From positions 36,828,001 through 36,892,000 of the forward strand of contig OZ024744.1 in assembly GCA_964016885.1 (NCBI GenBank): a stretch of DNA of 64,000 bases. The letters are read 5' to 3'. Of the stretch, positions 43,001 through 56,372 are shown in pieces. Every line of letters begins with the position of its first letter. Position 1 is the first letter of the stretch. The notes beneath the pieces were generated by a model that saw only the letters and a list, made by a program, of their open reading frames with translations, was not told the DNA's origin and did not search any database. Both the position numbers and the translations under genes were made by a program. Source of the DNA: Eledone cirrhosa (Eukaryota).

Positions 43001-45810
43001 GCTACGATTACTCCACGTCCACAGTGGCGCAGTCGGAAAATCTAGTCGATATCTATCGGCCAGGTCTAATCGGTCGATTAACTGTATGAGGCTGTTACAC
43101 CCCCCTTTATCGGGACATGCTCCCACATAGTCCCAACGTGCATCTAGGAATCCATTCCAGTCCCCCACTAAAAGCAAGGAGCGGGACGTTCCCAGAAAAG
43201 TCTCTAGACGTTCGAAGAAGTCTGGCCGCCGTGTCCCGAATTGGGCATATGCGGCCACCAGCCTGAAGGCTCCAACTCCAATACTGTTCACGCCTAGGTC
43301 TACCAATCTACCCACCGGATCCAAGTGTACTTGCTGTACGACCACCAGTCGACCCTCTGAGTCCAGATGTACCGTCTGTGTTACGAGGCCCAGGTGTTTC
43401 CGCAGCAAAACAGCAACTCCGCCCCACCCCCCGGTTGACAGAGAGATGTGTAGATCTCAAAGTCATCGAAGATGGGGGCCAGCTGTCGCTCCCTGTGGAT
43501 CCTGGAATCGCAAATGGCTACCACATCCATACTGTGCGACCTGAGGTCGTTTAAGAGTTTGCCCTGTTTCCAGGGTATCCCCAGGCCACGTACGTTCACA
43601 CATCCAACTCTTATATTGGCCATGTTGGTGCTGAAAAGTTAAGAGGAAAAGAGATCACTCACCCTTCGTTTCCTGGGGACCAGGCCGCACGATTTCCATG
43701 GGGTGTTGGAGGGGTTGTCTGGAAGGGTGGTGGTTTCCGGCGGGGTGGGGATGGAGATGTTTGGTGGGGTGGGGTCTGGTGGGATGGGGGTCTCTGGGTG
43801 GGGAGACATTTGAGAAGGACGCGGTTGAGTGGTTTCACGCAGGAATTCCCACATCCTTCTCAAATGTTTCTTTTAGGGACATATAAGTTTGTATAGGGAC
43901 CCTAATCAGTTTTAGGTTCATTTTTTGGCTATTTTTAATAGAGTGGGCGAAGGTTTTCACTGAAAACAAAACACTAACGGAGACCATCACGAACGACCCT
44001 TCGGTGAAAACCGAAGGGTCGTTCGTGTTTTGTTTTCAGTGTTTATGTAAGTGTAAGTGTAATTTTCTTGTGTTGTGTTTGTTTTTGTCTGTAGTTCTTG
44101 TGTGTGCTTTCGTTTTGTTGTAGGTATTTTGTTTTCAGGAGGTGGGGGTTTTGTTTGTGATGTTTTTGTTGTTTGTGTTGGTGGTTGTATGTTTGTTGTA
44201 GTGTTTGCTGGTTTTTTGCTTTTGTGATGTCTTCTCTTTCTTTTCGAACGATGGGGTTCTCCCTCGTCTTCACTGGGTGATGGCGAGATAGCCTTATCTG
44301 TTGTATCGTCTGTGTGATTGGGGAGGGGTATGTCTTGGGGAGCTGTTGTGTCTGTATGTGATTTTGCAGTGGTTTTAGGTGGAGTGGGGTTGGGTGGGAC
44401 TGTGTTTGTTGTGGTTATTTTTGTGTGTTGGTGTTGTTGTTGTGGTGGTGTTGGTGGTTGTGTTGTTTTGATGGGTGTCGGCAGAAGAGCCTTTTTTTTA
44501 TTCATTAATTTAGGACAGGAAGCCCTCATGTGACCCCTGCTAAAGCAATGGTAACATGAAGGCCGCCTACCCTCTACCGAAAAGTTTATGTAGGTGAGTC
44601 CGTCCAGGAGTACACGTTGTGGGATCATAGCTATTCGCTCTGGGCTCATTTGCACCAGAACTTCAATGCTAGTCCCATTGAATACATCTCTGGGGGACTT
44701 TCCTACTGACAGTATTCTGTCTTCATCAAAATTGATGAAGCCGCACAGTATCCACCATATGTTCACCTTTGGTGTGACACTCGTGATTCTGATCTTTTGT
44801 GTCCTTTTTCCCATGTATGTAGGGAAAAAGGTGTACAGGTTGGATACAATTGGCGACACAGAGTAATTTTGGGCCGTCAATTGATCCTTCATGAGTACCG
44901 AAATACTCCCAAAAAGTTTGCTTATTTGAATGAATGCAATATCATTCATTGAACTTTTGAAAACCAGTTCAATTTCTTTCTGTGACAATTGAACTGGTTT
45001 TCGGGTAGAATTGGAAACTGTCCCAAAAACTATCGTTTTGAGAGCAGTTTCCTAGCGAATTTCTACCGGAGAATTGATGCTGAAAGCACCATTTTTTTCG
45101 AAAGTGACATATCTCCTAGCGTCCTTTAAAAGTTGTTCAGCATTTGTTATGTCGAGATATATCAATTCTTCCTTCTTTTGAACTTTCTCTGCAAAGGGGA
45201 TTTTTAGTTTCTTTGTGGAATCCGTATTGGTGGTGTTGTCATTTTTGTTGTTATTCTTGTTGTTATTCTTGTTGTCACCGATGTTGGTATTATTCGTATT
45301 TTCCTTGGTGTTGTTGTTGTCTTTGATGCTGGTGTTATTAGTGTTGTCTTTATTTTTTTCTTTGTTGTTGTTATCATTGTTGCTTTTATCATCATTATTG
45401 GTGTTGCTGTTATTTTTGTTGTCATTGAATTGTTTGGTGTCATTTGTGTTGTTTGGATATGAATTCGTTTTTACATTTTCATTTCGTCTTTCCATCTCTA
45501 TAGTATCTAGTGAAGAAGACGTTGTTGACTGCGAGCTTTGTAGTCTTACCGCCTCTCCACCACCATTATCGTTGGACGCAGCGTTCATAACGTAATCAAA
45601 ATTTTACAATATTTTTTCCAAGATTCGATGGAGAAAAAAAATATTTCAAATGGATATTCCGCCCCTGTAGGGGCGAAAATGAGTTGACCCACCACCTGAA
45701 GGTCCGGACGGGGGGTCAAGTTACACAATGATATAAAATTTAACTAAAAACTCACGTTTTTTTCTTACATAAAATAACGGAAACTTCTCCGCGAAGTTAC
45801 ACACGTCTGA
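40021..45810 (-). mobile_element. Tx1-like element C, full length with frameshifts (ORF1 45588-43659, ORF2 43623-40260)
   Basis: ORF1 CYHCFSRGHMRASCP; APE; RT (RPITLLN, RQGCPLS, AYADD); CPRC...ETVEHAFIHCP; both ends abut GATA repeats. Confidence 0.95.
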
Positions 45811-45828
45811 TAGAGAGATAGATAGATA

Positions 45829-48800
45829 TATTTCTTTATTAGCCACAGGAGCACAAAAGAAGGGGACAAATACAAAGGGGGAAGTTTACATACAATAAAA
45901 ACCGTCGGGAGACATCGGTCTGTCTCTCCACGTTCCGAGTTGCAGCCCCATGGATTTTTCCCGGTTCAGTTTCGCTCCTGACAACTTTTCGTAATCCTCC
46001 TGTAAGGTACCGATCGCCTCGATCTCCGAGCCGGTCGATACCATTACTGTTACGTCATCGGCGTAGGCCGACACCGCTTTGCTCAATCCTGGTTCCAGGG
46101 GGATACCCTGCAACAACTCTAACTTCCTCAGTAAAGGCTCGAGAGTCAATACGGACAGAAGGGAGGAGAGAGGGCACCCCTGTCGAATGGATCGTGTGAT
46201 TTCGAACGGCTTCAAAAGGTAGCCGTTCACCTTGATCCTGGAACAGATGTGGTTGCTATGTAAGGCAGTGATCCAGCCTCTGAAAACAGGACCGAACCCA
46301 GGCGCCGCTAGCACCGCATTCAGGTAACCATGGTCGACCCTATCGAACGCCTTAGACTGATCCAAGTTGAGCAGGGCCCCACCGAAGCCGGGTTTGTTGC
46401 CAACCCTCTCTACGATGTATCGCATGAGGTGGCGGTTGTCGTGAATGGACCTGGATGGGATAGCACATGTCTGCGCATCTCCCACCAGGCCACCCATGAC
46501 AAGCGCCAACCTCTTTGCTAACACCTTGGCCAAAATTTTTAACTCTGTGTTTAGCAGGGTTATGGGCCGAAAATTATTTATACTATCCCTCTTGTTCTCG
46601 TCCTTCCTCACCAGCGAGACTACGCCCTTGGCTACAGAACAAGGAATTCTCCCGTTCTTCTGCCAATTGCAGTAGACTGCTTCTAGGAATTCGGAGAAGA
46701 AGACCGGCATTTCTAAATAAAGTTCGTAAGGTATACCATCGAGACCTGGAGATTGCGTCTGCTGCATTGGCTCAGCGCATCTCTGATCTCATCAGCCGAG
46801 ATTGGTCCCTCGCAGAACTCTGCCTCTTCGCTCGAGAGGCGCGTCAGGCCGTCGAGGTATGGACAGAAATCCACGTCCCCGCCCGGACCCTCGCCTCCCC
46901 CGAACAATCGGGCAAAGTGCCTTTGAAAGGCCTCGCACATCTGCTTAGGCTCCCGGATCACCCGTCATCCTCGTCTTGCAAAGAGCGGATGGCGGATCGA
47001 TTTCCACTCTTAGCTTCTGTCACGCGAGCCCAGCCAACGGCTTTGGTCCCCTCATTACCTAGAGTACGTATTTTACTTCGAATGACTCAGCCTTCGTGCT
47101 TTGCATCGAAAAACTGGCTCAAGGCCGTCCTCGATGCCAGCATTCTGGCCACATCTTCGCTTTTGATTGCCTCTTCTAATTTACCTGTTAATTCTTTCTC
47201 GTTCCTATTCCTATCGGCAGCTAACATCTTGCTATAACTTATTGATTCTGTTCTAATCTCTCTTTTGAGAGATGCCCACCATCGGTTGTTGACAATTGCA
47301 CCCGTCAACCTCTCCTTAACTAATCTGCTAATCCGGTTTCTGTAACCCTCTTTTGCCGGTAAAGACAAATTAAGTTTCCAGTAACCGGGACCCTGTCTAT
47401 GTGTTTTCTCAAAATTGACTACGCAGGTCACTAATTTGTGATCCGTATAGCCAACCGTGAGCATTTCTGGACAGCTTAATATGTCCCTATCCTTACTTCT
47501 AACTAAGAATCTATCTAAGTACGATCTAGATAGACCACTGTGGTTCGTCCAAGTCCAGGTTGGCACAGTTGGAAAATCTAGTCGATATCTATCGACCAAG
47601 TTAAAACGGTCGAGTAACCCCTTGAGGCTGTTACACGCCCCTCTCTTAGGACATGCTCCTGCATAGTCCCAACGTGAATCTAGGATGTCATTCCAATCCC
47701 CCTCTAGAAGCAGGGAACGCGACGTTTCCAGAAAAGTCTCCAGACGCTGGAAGAAGTCGGGTCGTTCAGCTCCGAAAGGGGAGTCGACGGCGACCAGTCT
47801 CAAGGCCGCACCTTCACTACTGCCAACGTCTAGCACCAACAAACGTCCTTCCGTGTCCGAGTGAACAACCTGTACGGCGAGTGCCAGGTGTTTTTCCAGC
47901 AGTACGATAACCCCATCCCCACCTCCAGGTTGACAGAGAGATGCATGCACCTCAAAGTCATCGAAGGTAGGGGCCAGCTGCCGCACGACGCTGATCCGAG
48001 TCTCGCAGATAACCATTACATTTATACCACGTGACCTGAGGTCATTTAGAAGCTTTGCTTGCTTCCAAGTTGAGCCCAGGCCTCGTGCATTCAAACATCC
48101 TACTCTTAACACATCCATGTGGGCGGCAAAGCCAAAGGAGAGTGTAGAGACCTACCTTTCCGCTTCCCGGGGTTCGGGTCGCACGACTTCCATGGGGTCG
48201 GGTGTGTTGGGTGAAGGAGTGTCATGTGGTAGTGTGGAGTCGTCAGTGTGTGGTGGGGTTGGGGTGTTTGGAGTTGTGTTGGGGAGGGGAAGGGGAGGAG
48301 GAAAGCTTTTTAGGAGGACGCGCTTTCTGGGTTTGACAGAGGGTGGTCCTACGTCCTCCTTAAAATCCTCTTTTAGTTTTTGGTAGAGGTTCATTGGGAT
48401 CTTTATTAATTTTAAATGTGGGTAGTTTTCTGAAGAAACAAAGTTTACACCTTCGGTTTGTACCGAAGGATTATTGTTTATGAGTTCATTTAATTTATTA
48501 TTGTTTCTGTTGATGTAAGTATAGTGTAATGTCTTTTTTTCGGATGGTGTGAGTGTTTCGAAGAGGGGAGGGCCAGGTTCGGTTTTGTTTGTTGCTGGAG
48601 GGGTGTTTTGTGTTTTGTTGGATTGTGTTGACATTTGGGTAGGGGTTGTTTGGCCTTGTGTGTTTTGCACATGTTTTCTTTTTTTCCTTTTAATCTGTCT
48701 GAAGGACTCCGTTTCTTCCTCCGAATTCGTTGGGTTATCTTCAGTGTTGGAGGGAAGAGGTATGTTTGCTGGTAATGTTTCCGTGTTGGTTTTCTTTGTG

Positions 48801-50285
48801 GGGGAGATGGATGTCACTATGTTAGACTGTGTTGTGTGTTGTGTCTGCGGTGGTTGTGTTGTTTTATTGAGTGAGGCGTTGGGTGGGACTGTGTTTTGTT
48901 TTTGGGTAACGTGTTGTGTCTGTTTGTGTTGTGGTGGTGGTGTAGTTTTACTGAGGGACGGGTTGGGTGGGACTGAGTTTTGTTGTTTGTTTATCTGTTG
49001 TGGTGGTGGTGGAGCTGGTGTTGGTAGCAGGGTTTTCTTCTTGTTGAGTTGGGGACAAGCCGCCTTCAGGTGCCCTCTGCCTGCACAGATATGACAGGAC
49101 GGCCTTCTCCCCTCCACGCTAATATTTCTATACCCGTGGCCCTCTAATAGGATTCTGTCGGGTATTTGGGCAATGCGTTCAGGCTTCATTTGCACTACAA
49201 GTTCTATACCTGTTCCACTGAACGCATTGCCTGTGGTTTTCCCAATGGAAATCACGTTGATATTCGCTGGATCGATGAAGCCAGCTATGAGTCAGCAGTA
49301 GTCCACATCTGGCATCATCGCATCCAGCCATATGCGCTGAGTTCTTTTACCCATATAAGATGGATAAAAGGTAAAATTTGTCGAGCGAATCGGCGACAAA
49401 GCATATTTTTTTGCCGCTGATTCGTTCTTCATAATAATAGCTACGCTTCCATACAGTCTGTCTCTTCTTATGAAAGTGGCTTCATTAAGTACTTCTGTAA
49501 CTACTGCTTTAATTTCTGCTTGTGTTGGTTGTTGAGGTTTTTTTGAGATGTTGTTGATGGTGCGGAAAACGACCGTCCGACTTTCAATATCTTTGGTGAG
49601 TTCTTGGGGCATTTTTACCAATAAGGTTCCATTTTCTCTTTGAGTTATGTATTGTTTGGCGTTTTATATTCTTTGTGCCACATCTGAAATATTTTCAGGT
49701 ATATATGTCAAAGATTTCTTTGTTGTTTGTGCAAATGAAATATTATTGGTGTTGACTTTGTCGTCTGCTTTGCTTTCTGTTATGATGTTGTTTTCAAATG
49801 TTATTTTTGTGTTTGTTGTGTCTTTGTTTGTGGTATTAATATTGTCATGCAATTCTTTCAAATTATTTTTGTTGTTGGAATCAATCTCCAGATTTGTGTT
49901 TTCGGCATTTTTCTCCGCACATTCGTCTGTTTTTATTTTATTTTTTCTTTCCTTCTCTATGACGTTAGTTGGGAAGGAAGGGGGGACTAAAGCGTGCGAG
50001 CTTACAACTCTTACCGCTGTCACCCCCTCCCACCACTATTTTCGTTAGCTTCGTTTAACATTTCTGCCAGACGATTGAAATTTTATGACACAAAGTTTTT
50101 AAAAACAGTTTTTTCACCCCTGGGAGGGGCGAAGATGAGCTGACCCACCGCCTGACAGTTCAGACGGGGGATCAAGCTACACAATAGTATCAAAATTAAA
50201 ATTGAACTTACAAAATGTCCGCAATAAATTGGAACAAAAGTTCTGCGCAAAGTGAATTACGTCTACGCTGTAGAACAGACGACAG
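45829..50285 (-). mobile_element. Tx1-like element D (ORF1 about 50040-48152, ORF2 48118-45900; C-terminus deleted, 3' tip retained)
   Basis: ORF1 CHICAGRGHLKAACP; 343-aa APE ORF; 293-aa RT ORF; 45829-45900 matches the 3' UTR tip of element C. Confidence 0.93.
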
Positions 50286-50287
50286 CT

Positions 50288-50365
50288 AGATTATATACAT
50301 AGATAGTTAGATAGATAGATATGTTTCTAGATAGATGGATAGAGAGATAGATAGATAGATAGATA
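50288..50365. repeat. (GATA)n tract upstream of the Tx1 array, containing an atgtttct 3'-end remnant
   Basis: direct reading; compare gatatgtttct at about 40017. Confidence 0.85.
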
Positions 50366-51117
50366 CACGAATAATAGGATTGATGCACCCTTTTCTTTGC
50401 TGCCCTTCATTTCTGAAGATAGGCAAGACTCCACCTCTCAAATACCGACATCATATAAACAGCACCAACCGCAGTTATCACAGGCACCGCATTTGAGGGT
50501 ACACGTTGTATGTAACGTCAAGAGCAAGGAAACAATGGCTGCGTGTGTGTCTCGTTGTTGTAGGCATAGTATATGACCACCACAAAGAAAAGTTCATCGC
50601 AACATTTTTGGACTCCGGGCGTTGGTCAACCAGGGTCTCTCTTGCAGTAGAGAATTTCCAGCGGTGCCGTAAATCTTGACTGTAAGTAAAACCACGTAGT
50701 TATAAAGCGAACGTCTTAATCACATAGCCACGCAAGTACACTATAGGAATTTTCTCACCGATTTACGCTGTTAAGTCATTAGCGTTGGATTAGATATTCC
50801 AGAAAATTTTAATTAGAATCATTTAGAAGCGTACTACACTGTTTTAAGCTCGATCTTCGATCTTTCTGAGAATCAACCTTGGAGTTTCTATTAGATAAAG
50901 AACTATAAGTCACTAAATACTTCATCGATTTTAGAAGACATGCATAAATACACACGCGCGTGCACACACACACCCTCACACACACTCACACACTCACACA
51001 CACACTCACATACACACACACACACATGCACATATGTATATATATATATATATATACATATATATATAATATACACATATATACATATGCACATATGTAT
51101 ATATATATGTATGTATG

Positions 51118-52408
<1,291 letters not shown>

Positions 52409-52847
52409 TATATATATATATATATATATAAGATATAAGATCAAAAGATGGTTAAATGAGTTCCATGTATTTTATTATGCGCATTTCAATTTCAAAAAAC
52501 AAATATCATCATGCAATAACATTTGTGTTTTCATCAGATAAAATAGGAAGACATGATATGAAGGTTAAAAACACTTGTGGATAGTGCAGTTTTAAATCAA
52601 CATATGAAAAGTAGTTTTAGATTGATGTGTGAGAGTAAAAAGTGGAGGGTGAGGAGTATAATGAGGAAGGATGAGATAGGAGGAGAGATGGGTGATAGAG
52701 TGAGAGAGAGAGAGAGCTTTTATAACTGAGAAAAATATATTGTTTTACATAGAGAGGTTGAAAAACCGTTGGAAGATAATGTATAAATTAAAAGAATTTG
52801 AAAATTAACGAAGAGAAAAATAATGTAAATTTAAGGTTTGTATATTG

Positions 52848-53014
52848 AAGGGTTTAATAATATGTGCGATGAAAAGAAATTGTTAATATGTATTTTGAAT
52901 AATATTTAAGGGTTTAATAATATGTGCGATGGAAAGAAAATGTTAATATGTATTAAGAATAATATTTAAGGGTTTAATAATATGTGCGATGGAAAGAAAA
53001 TGTTGATATGTATT
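52848..53014. repeat. 60-bp tandem repeat, ~2.8 copies
   Basis: aagggtttaataatatgtgcgatg recurs every 60 nt. Confidence 0.95.
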
Positions 53015-53383
53015 ATTAAAAAAAACAAAAGTAATGTAAGTAAGGATATATTGTGAGATGAGCATGAATAAGTTAGATGAAAGGGAGAAAAAATAATGAA
53101 GAGAGGATGAATAATCTAACTTAAAAAAAATGTTTATGTTTACGAAGGATTTTTTCAAGGTCATATAATGTAAGAATATATTGTATTGTGTAATAATTGT
53201 TTCTATGTTAGGCACAGTGAGAAAAGGTACAGATTAGGGGTTAGAAATTAAAAGAAAAGAAAAAGAAAAGAAAAGGAAAAGGAAGAAAGGGAAGTGATAA
53301 ATAGGAGTGATATAGAATGAGTAACAAGTATTATATAATGTATAATAATGTATAATAATGTATATATATATTATTATATCTGG

Positions 53384-53574
53384 TAAATGGTGGTGGATTG
53401 GCAGTATCGGTAGAAAGTCAGACGCCATGCTTGACGCCTACGGTTACGGCCCTTGCCATTCTGAATTCACATCCCGTCAAGGTTAACTTTGCCTTTCATC
53501 CTTACGGGGTCGATAAAATAAAGTACCAGTAATACACTGGGATAATTGCTGGCCTTGTGCCAAAAGTACAAACA
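53384..53574 (+). mobile_element. tRNA-related SINE with a Nin-like central domain and a 14-bp target-site duplication
   Basis: gcctttcatccttacggggtcgataaaataaagtaccag core; attattatatctgg at 53370-53383 and 53575-53588. Confidence 0.85.
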
Positions 53575-53962
53575 ATTATTATATCTGGCAATATTATTAC
53601 AACAATATGACCCTTCCCAAGCATATATATATAGATATATACATACGTAAATATAAGTACACATCTATGTACATATATATGCATAAACGCAGATATATGT
53701 CAAGGTATGTAGTTAATCGGATGTGTTTATAGACTGTTTGGACTCGTGTGTTTAACTAAATGCCTCCAGAATGAAACTAGAAACAAATTTGGGGGTTAAA
53801 AAGAGAGAAAATACAATTTTTACTTAAACCGATGCACAGAGAAAAGTACATACATAGTCTAGTATATATGTTTGTAAACACACACACTCACACACACACA
53901 CAGCACACAGATGCAGACATATATATATATAAATATATTTATATGTATTTATATAAATATAA

Positions 53963-53993
<31 letters not shown>

Positions 53994-53994
53994 A

Positions 53995-56372
53995 AAAAGG
54001 AATTGTGGTAAGGAACCATATGGACCATAACGCACCAGAGTACTCAATACTTAGTGTAGTAGAGTGGGTAATAGGAAAATGTTTAACCCCGACGGCAAAA
54101 ATGGCACATGATAACATAAAAACTAAAATTGAACTCCTTAAATTGAGAGCCAAGCAAATGAAGATAGGATCAAATCAATCGACGATGAGATTTAGTAATT
54201 ATCAATAAAAACAAAGACACCACTCTAGAAAATATTTCAAAATGATGGTTAGTGGAAATATACAAAACCTGGTTCTCTAAATATGAAACACTTTTTCCAA
54301 AAGAACACACATCCAAGAACCCCTTCATTAAAACCATAATTACAAGAAAACTCAATCAACACCCAAACACCACACAACTACCAACAACAACAAAATCAAC
54401 ACCTCCCCACATACCAAAAAAGAAGGCATCACCTCGCCCCTACCTCCTACACCCTCCACACAACTACCACACGGACTCCCAAGCAACAAATATAGTAATA
54501 GAGAAACATCAGCTACAAGATAGACACTACAACTTCTCTCCAACCAGGAGAAACCATAGAACCCCCCACACTTACAACCCCCTAACATCCCCACACAGCA
54601 AACCCACAAGCATCATTACTTCCAACATAGAACCAAAAATACACAACTAACCCACATGTCACATAGGGCCTCACAACAACACACCAACTATAAGGAAACC
54701 CTAATCTACCCTCCCCCACTAACCACATCCTACTACAACAATACCAGCAGGGGATAATAGAACCACACGAGACACCCTAGCCACTACAACCACCATAACA
54801 ACACACAATATAACAGCAACAGCAGGACTCAATATAACCACACAAGACAACCCTACTACAACTACCACCAAGTCAACACACTCTACAACAATAGCAGTGT
54901 TCAGCACAACCATACGATACAACCCAACTTCAGCAACCACCACAACTACACACCCTATAACCACATCCATCAAATCTACACACACTACAACAACATCAAC
55001 AAGGCTCAATACAACCACACGATACAACCTAACTTCAACAACCACCACAGCTACAGACCCTCTAACGCAGGGGCCAATACAACCATAAGAGACATCCAAA
55101 CTTCAACAACCATCACAACTTCCGTAGTCATTATTTAGACATAGCACACAGACACAGGATAACAAGATAACACAAAACACACAGGAGACACAAAATGTAA
55201 TAAAAATTGTTAATTTAACCTCTAAAGAATTAACAACAGACCAAATCAACATACTCTCCAAACGTCTGAAATTTACACCAACTCCCCAACAACCAAACTA
55301 CCCCGAAATGAAGGAAGATATTGCAGAATTCTGTAGAAAACTAAGACTCAGCGAACAACTATACAACAAATACAATGAGGATGACTCAATAGCTAGAAAT
55401 AGAAGCAACTACACCCCACCAAAAGGCAAGAACAAGTTCCTCGATCAATTCTGCGAACATATTACTAATTACCCATACCACCACCTACACAGACATAAAC
55501 AAAAACCAAACCTAAAAAAAAAAGAATGGAATTGTCTTAACAGTGTAAAGAACGACAAAACCCTAACAATCAAAGAGGCAGATAAAGGGGGTGCAGTAAT
55601 CCTTATGGAGACAGATTATTACACAATTCTAGTACTCTCAACTATAGAAAACCAAACATATTATGAAAAGGCCCAACACTACACACAACAGAAAATAATG
55701 AGAAACCTAAAATCCCTAACAACCCTTTACAAAGAAGGCCTTACAGACAAGGAATACAACTACATCACCAATTTCAAAAGCAGAACCAGCCTCTTCTACG
55801 GTATCCCCAAGACACACAAAAGCGAAGTAATAGGTAGGGCCTGCAAGCAAGCCACAGACATTTACATCCGTATAGCCCCTCCTGATGACCTTCAATTAAG
55901 ACCCATAATAGCAGGTACCACATGTGAAACCCACCGCCTAAGCAACTTCCTAGATATTCTGCTTAAACCTTTCCTAAAACACATAAAAAGCTTCATAAGG
56001 GACGACCTTGACATGCTCAACCACCTCCCAACAACACTCAATAATGAACATACCCTACTAGTAACCTTTGATGTCATCAATTTATATTCCAATATCCCAC
56101 ACAACCTAGGTATAGAGGCAATACAATTCTGGTTTGAAAATTTCCCTAGTGAACTCCCACAGCGCATCCCTAAAGAATTTGTGTTGGAGGGACTCAAATT
56201 CATCTTGGAAAAGAATTTCTTCGAATTCAATGCCAAATACTACAGACAGAAATGTGGGACTGCCATGGGCAAGAAAGTAGCCCCCTCATACGCCAACCTT
56301 GTCATGGGATATTTGGAAACCACTCCCTACCGCAAAGTTCTAGAAAAATACGGCAACCACTTCTACCAACAC
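53995..56372 (+). mobile_element. Penelope-like element, 5' part with RT N-terminal half; truncated by a Tx1 copy
   Basis: IVNLT...LSKRLKFTPTP (about 55205-55290), KEADKGG, FYGIPKTHK, LRPII, TFDVINLYSNIP, GTAMG...APSYANLVM; catalytic DD motif and GIY-YIG missing. Confidence 0.9.

Noticed and set aside
45657-45722. 5' UTR hairpins as a hammerhead or HDV ribozyme
   Set aside because: GAAA follows a hairpin, but there is no correctly placed CUGANGA and no P1/P1.1 pseudoknot; kept only as an unclassified structure.
28700-50050. Plus-strand Cys/Val/Leu/Phe-rich ORFs resembling membrane or Cys-rich proteins
   Set aside because: Antisense reading of A/C-rich LINE ORF1 sequence.
52848-53014. CRISPR-like periodic repeat (also 24011-24192)
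   Set aside because: Whole units repeat with no unique spacers, there are no cas genes, and the context is eukaryotic.
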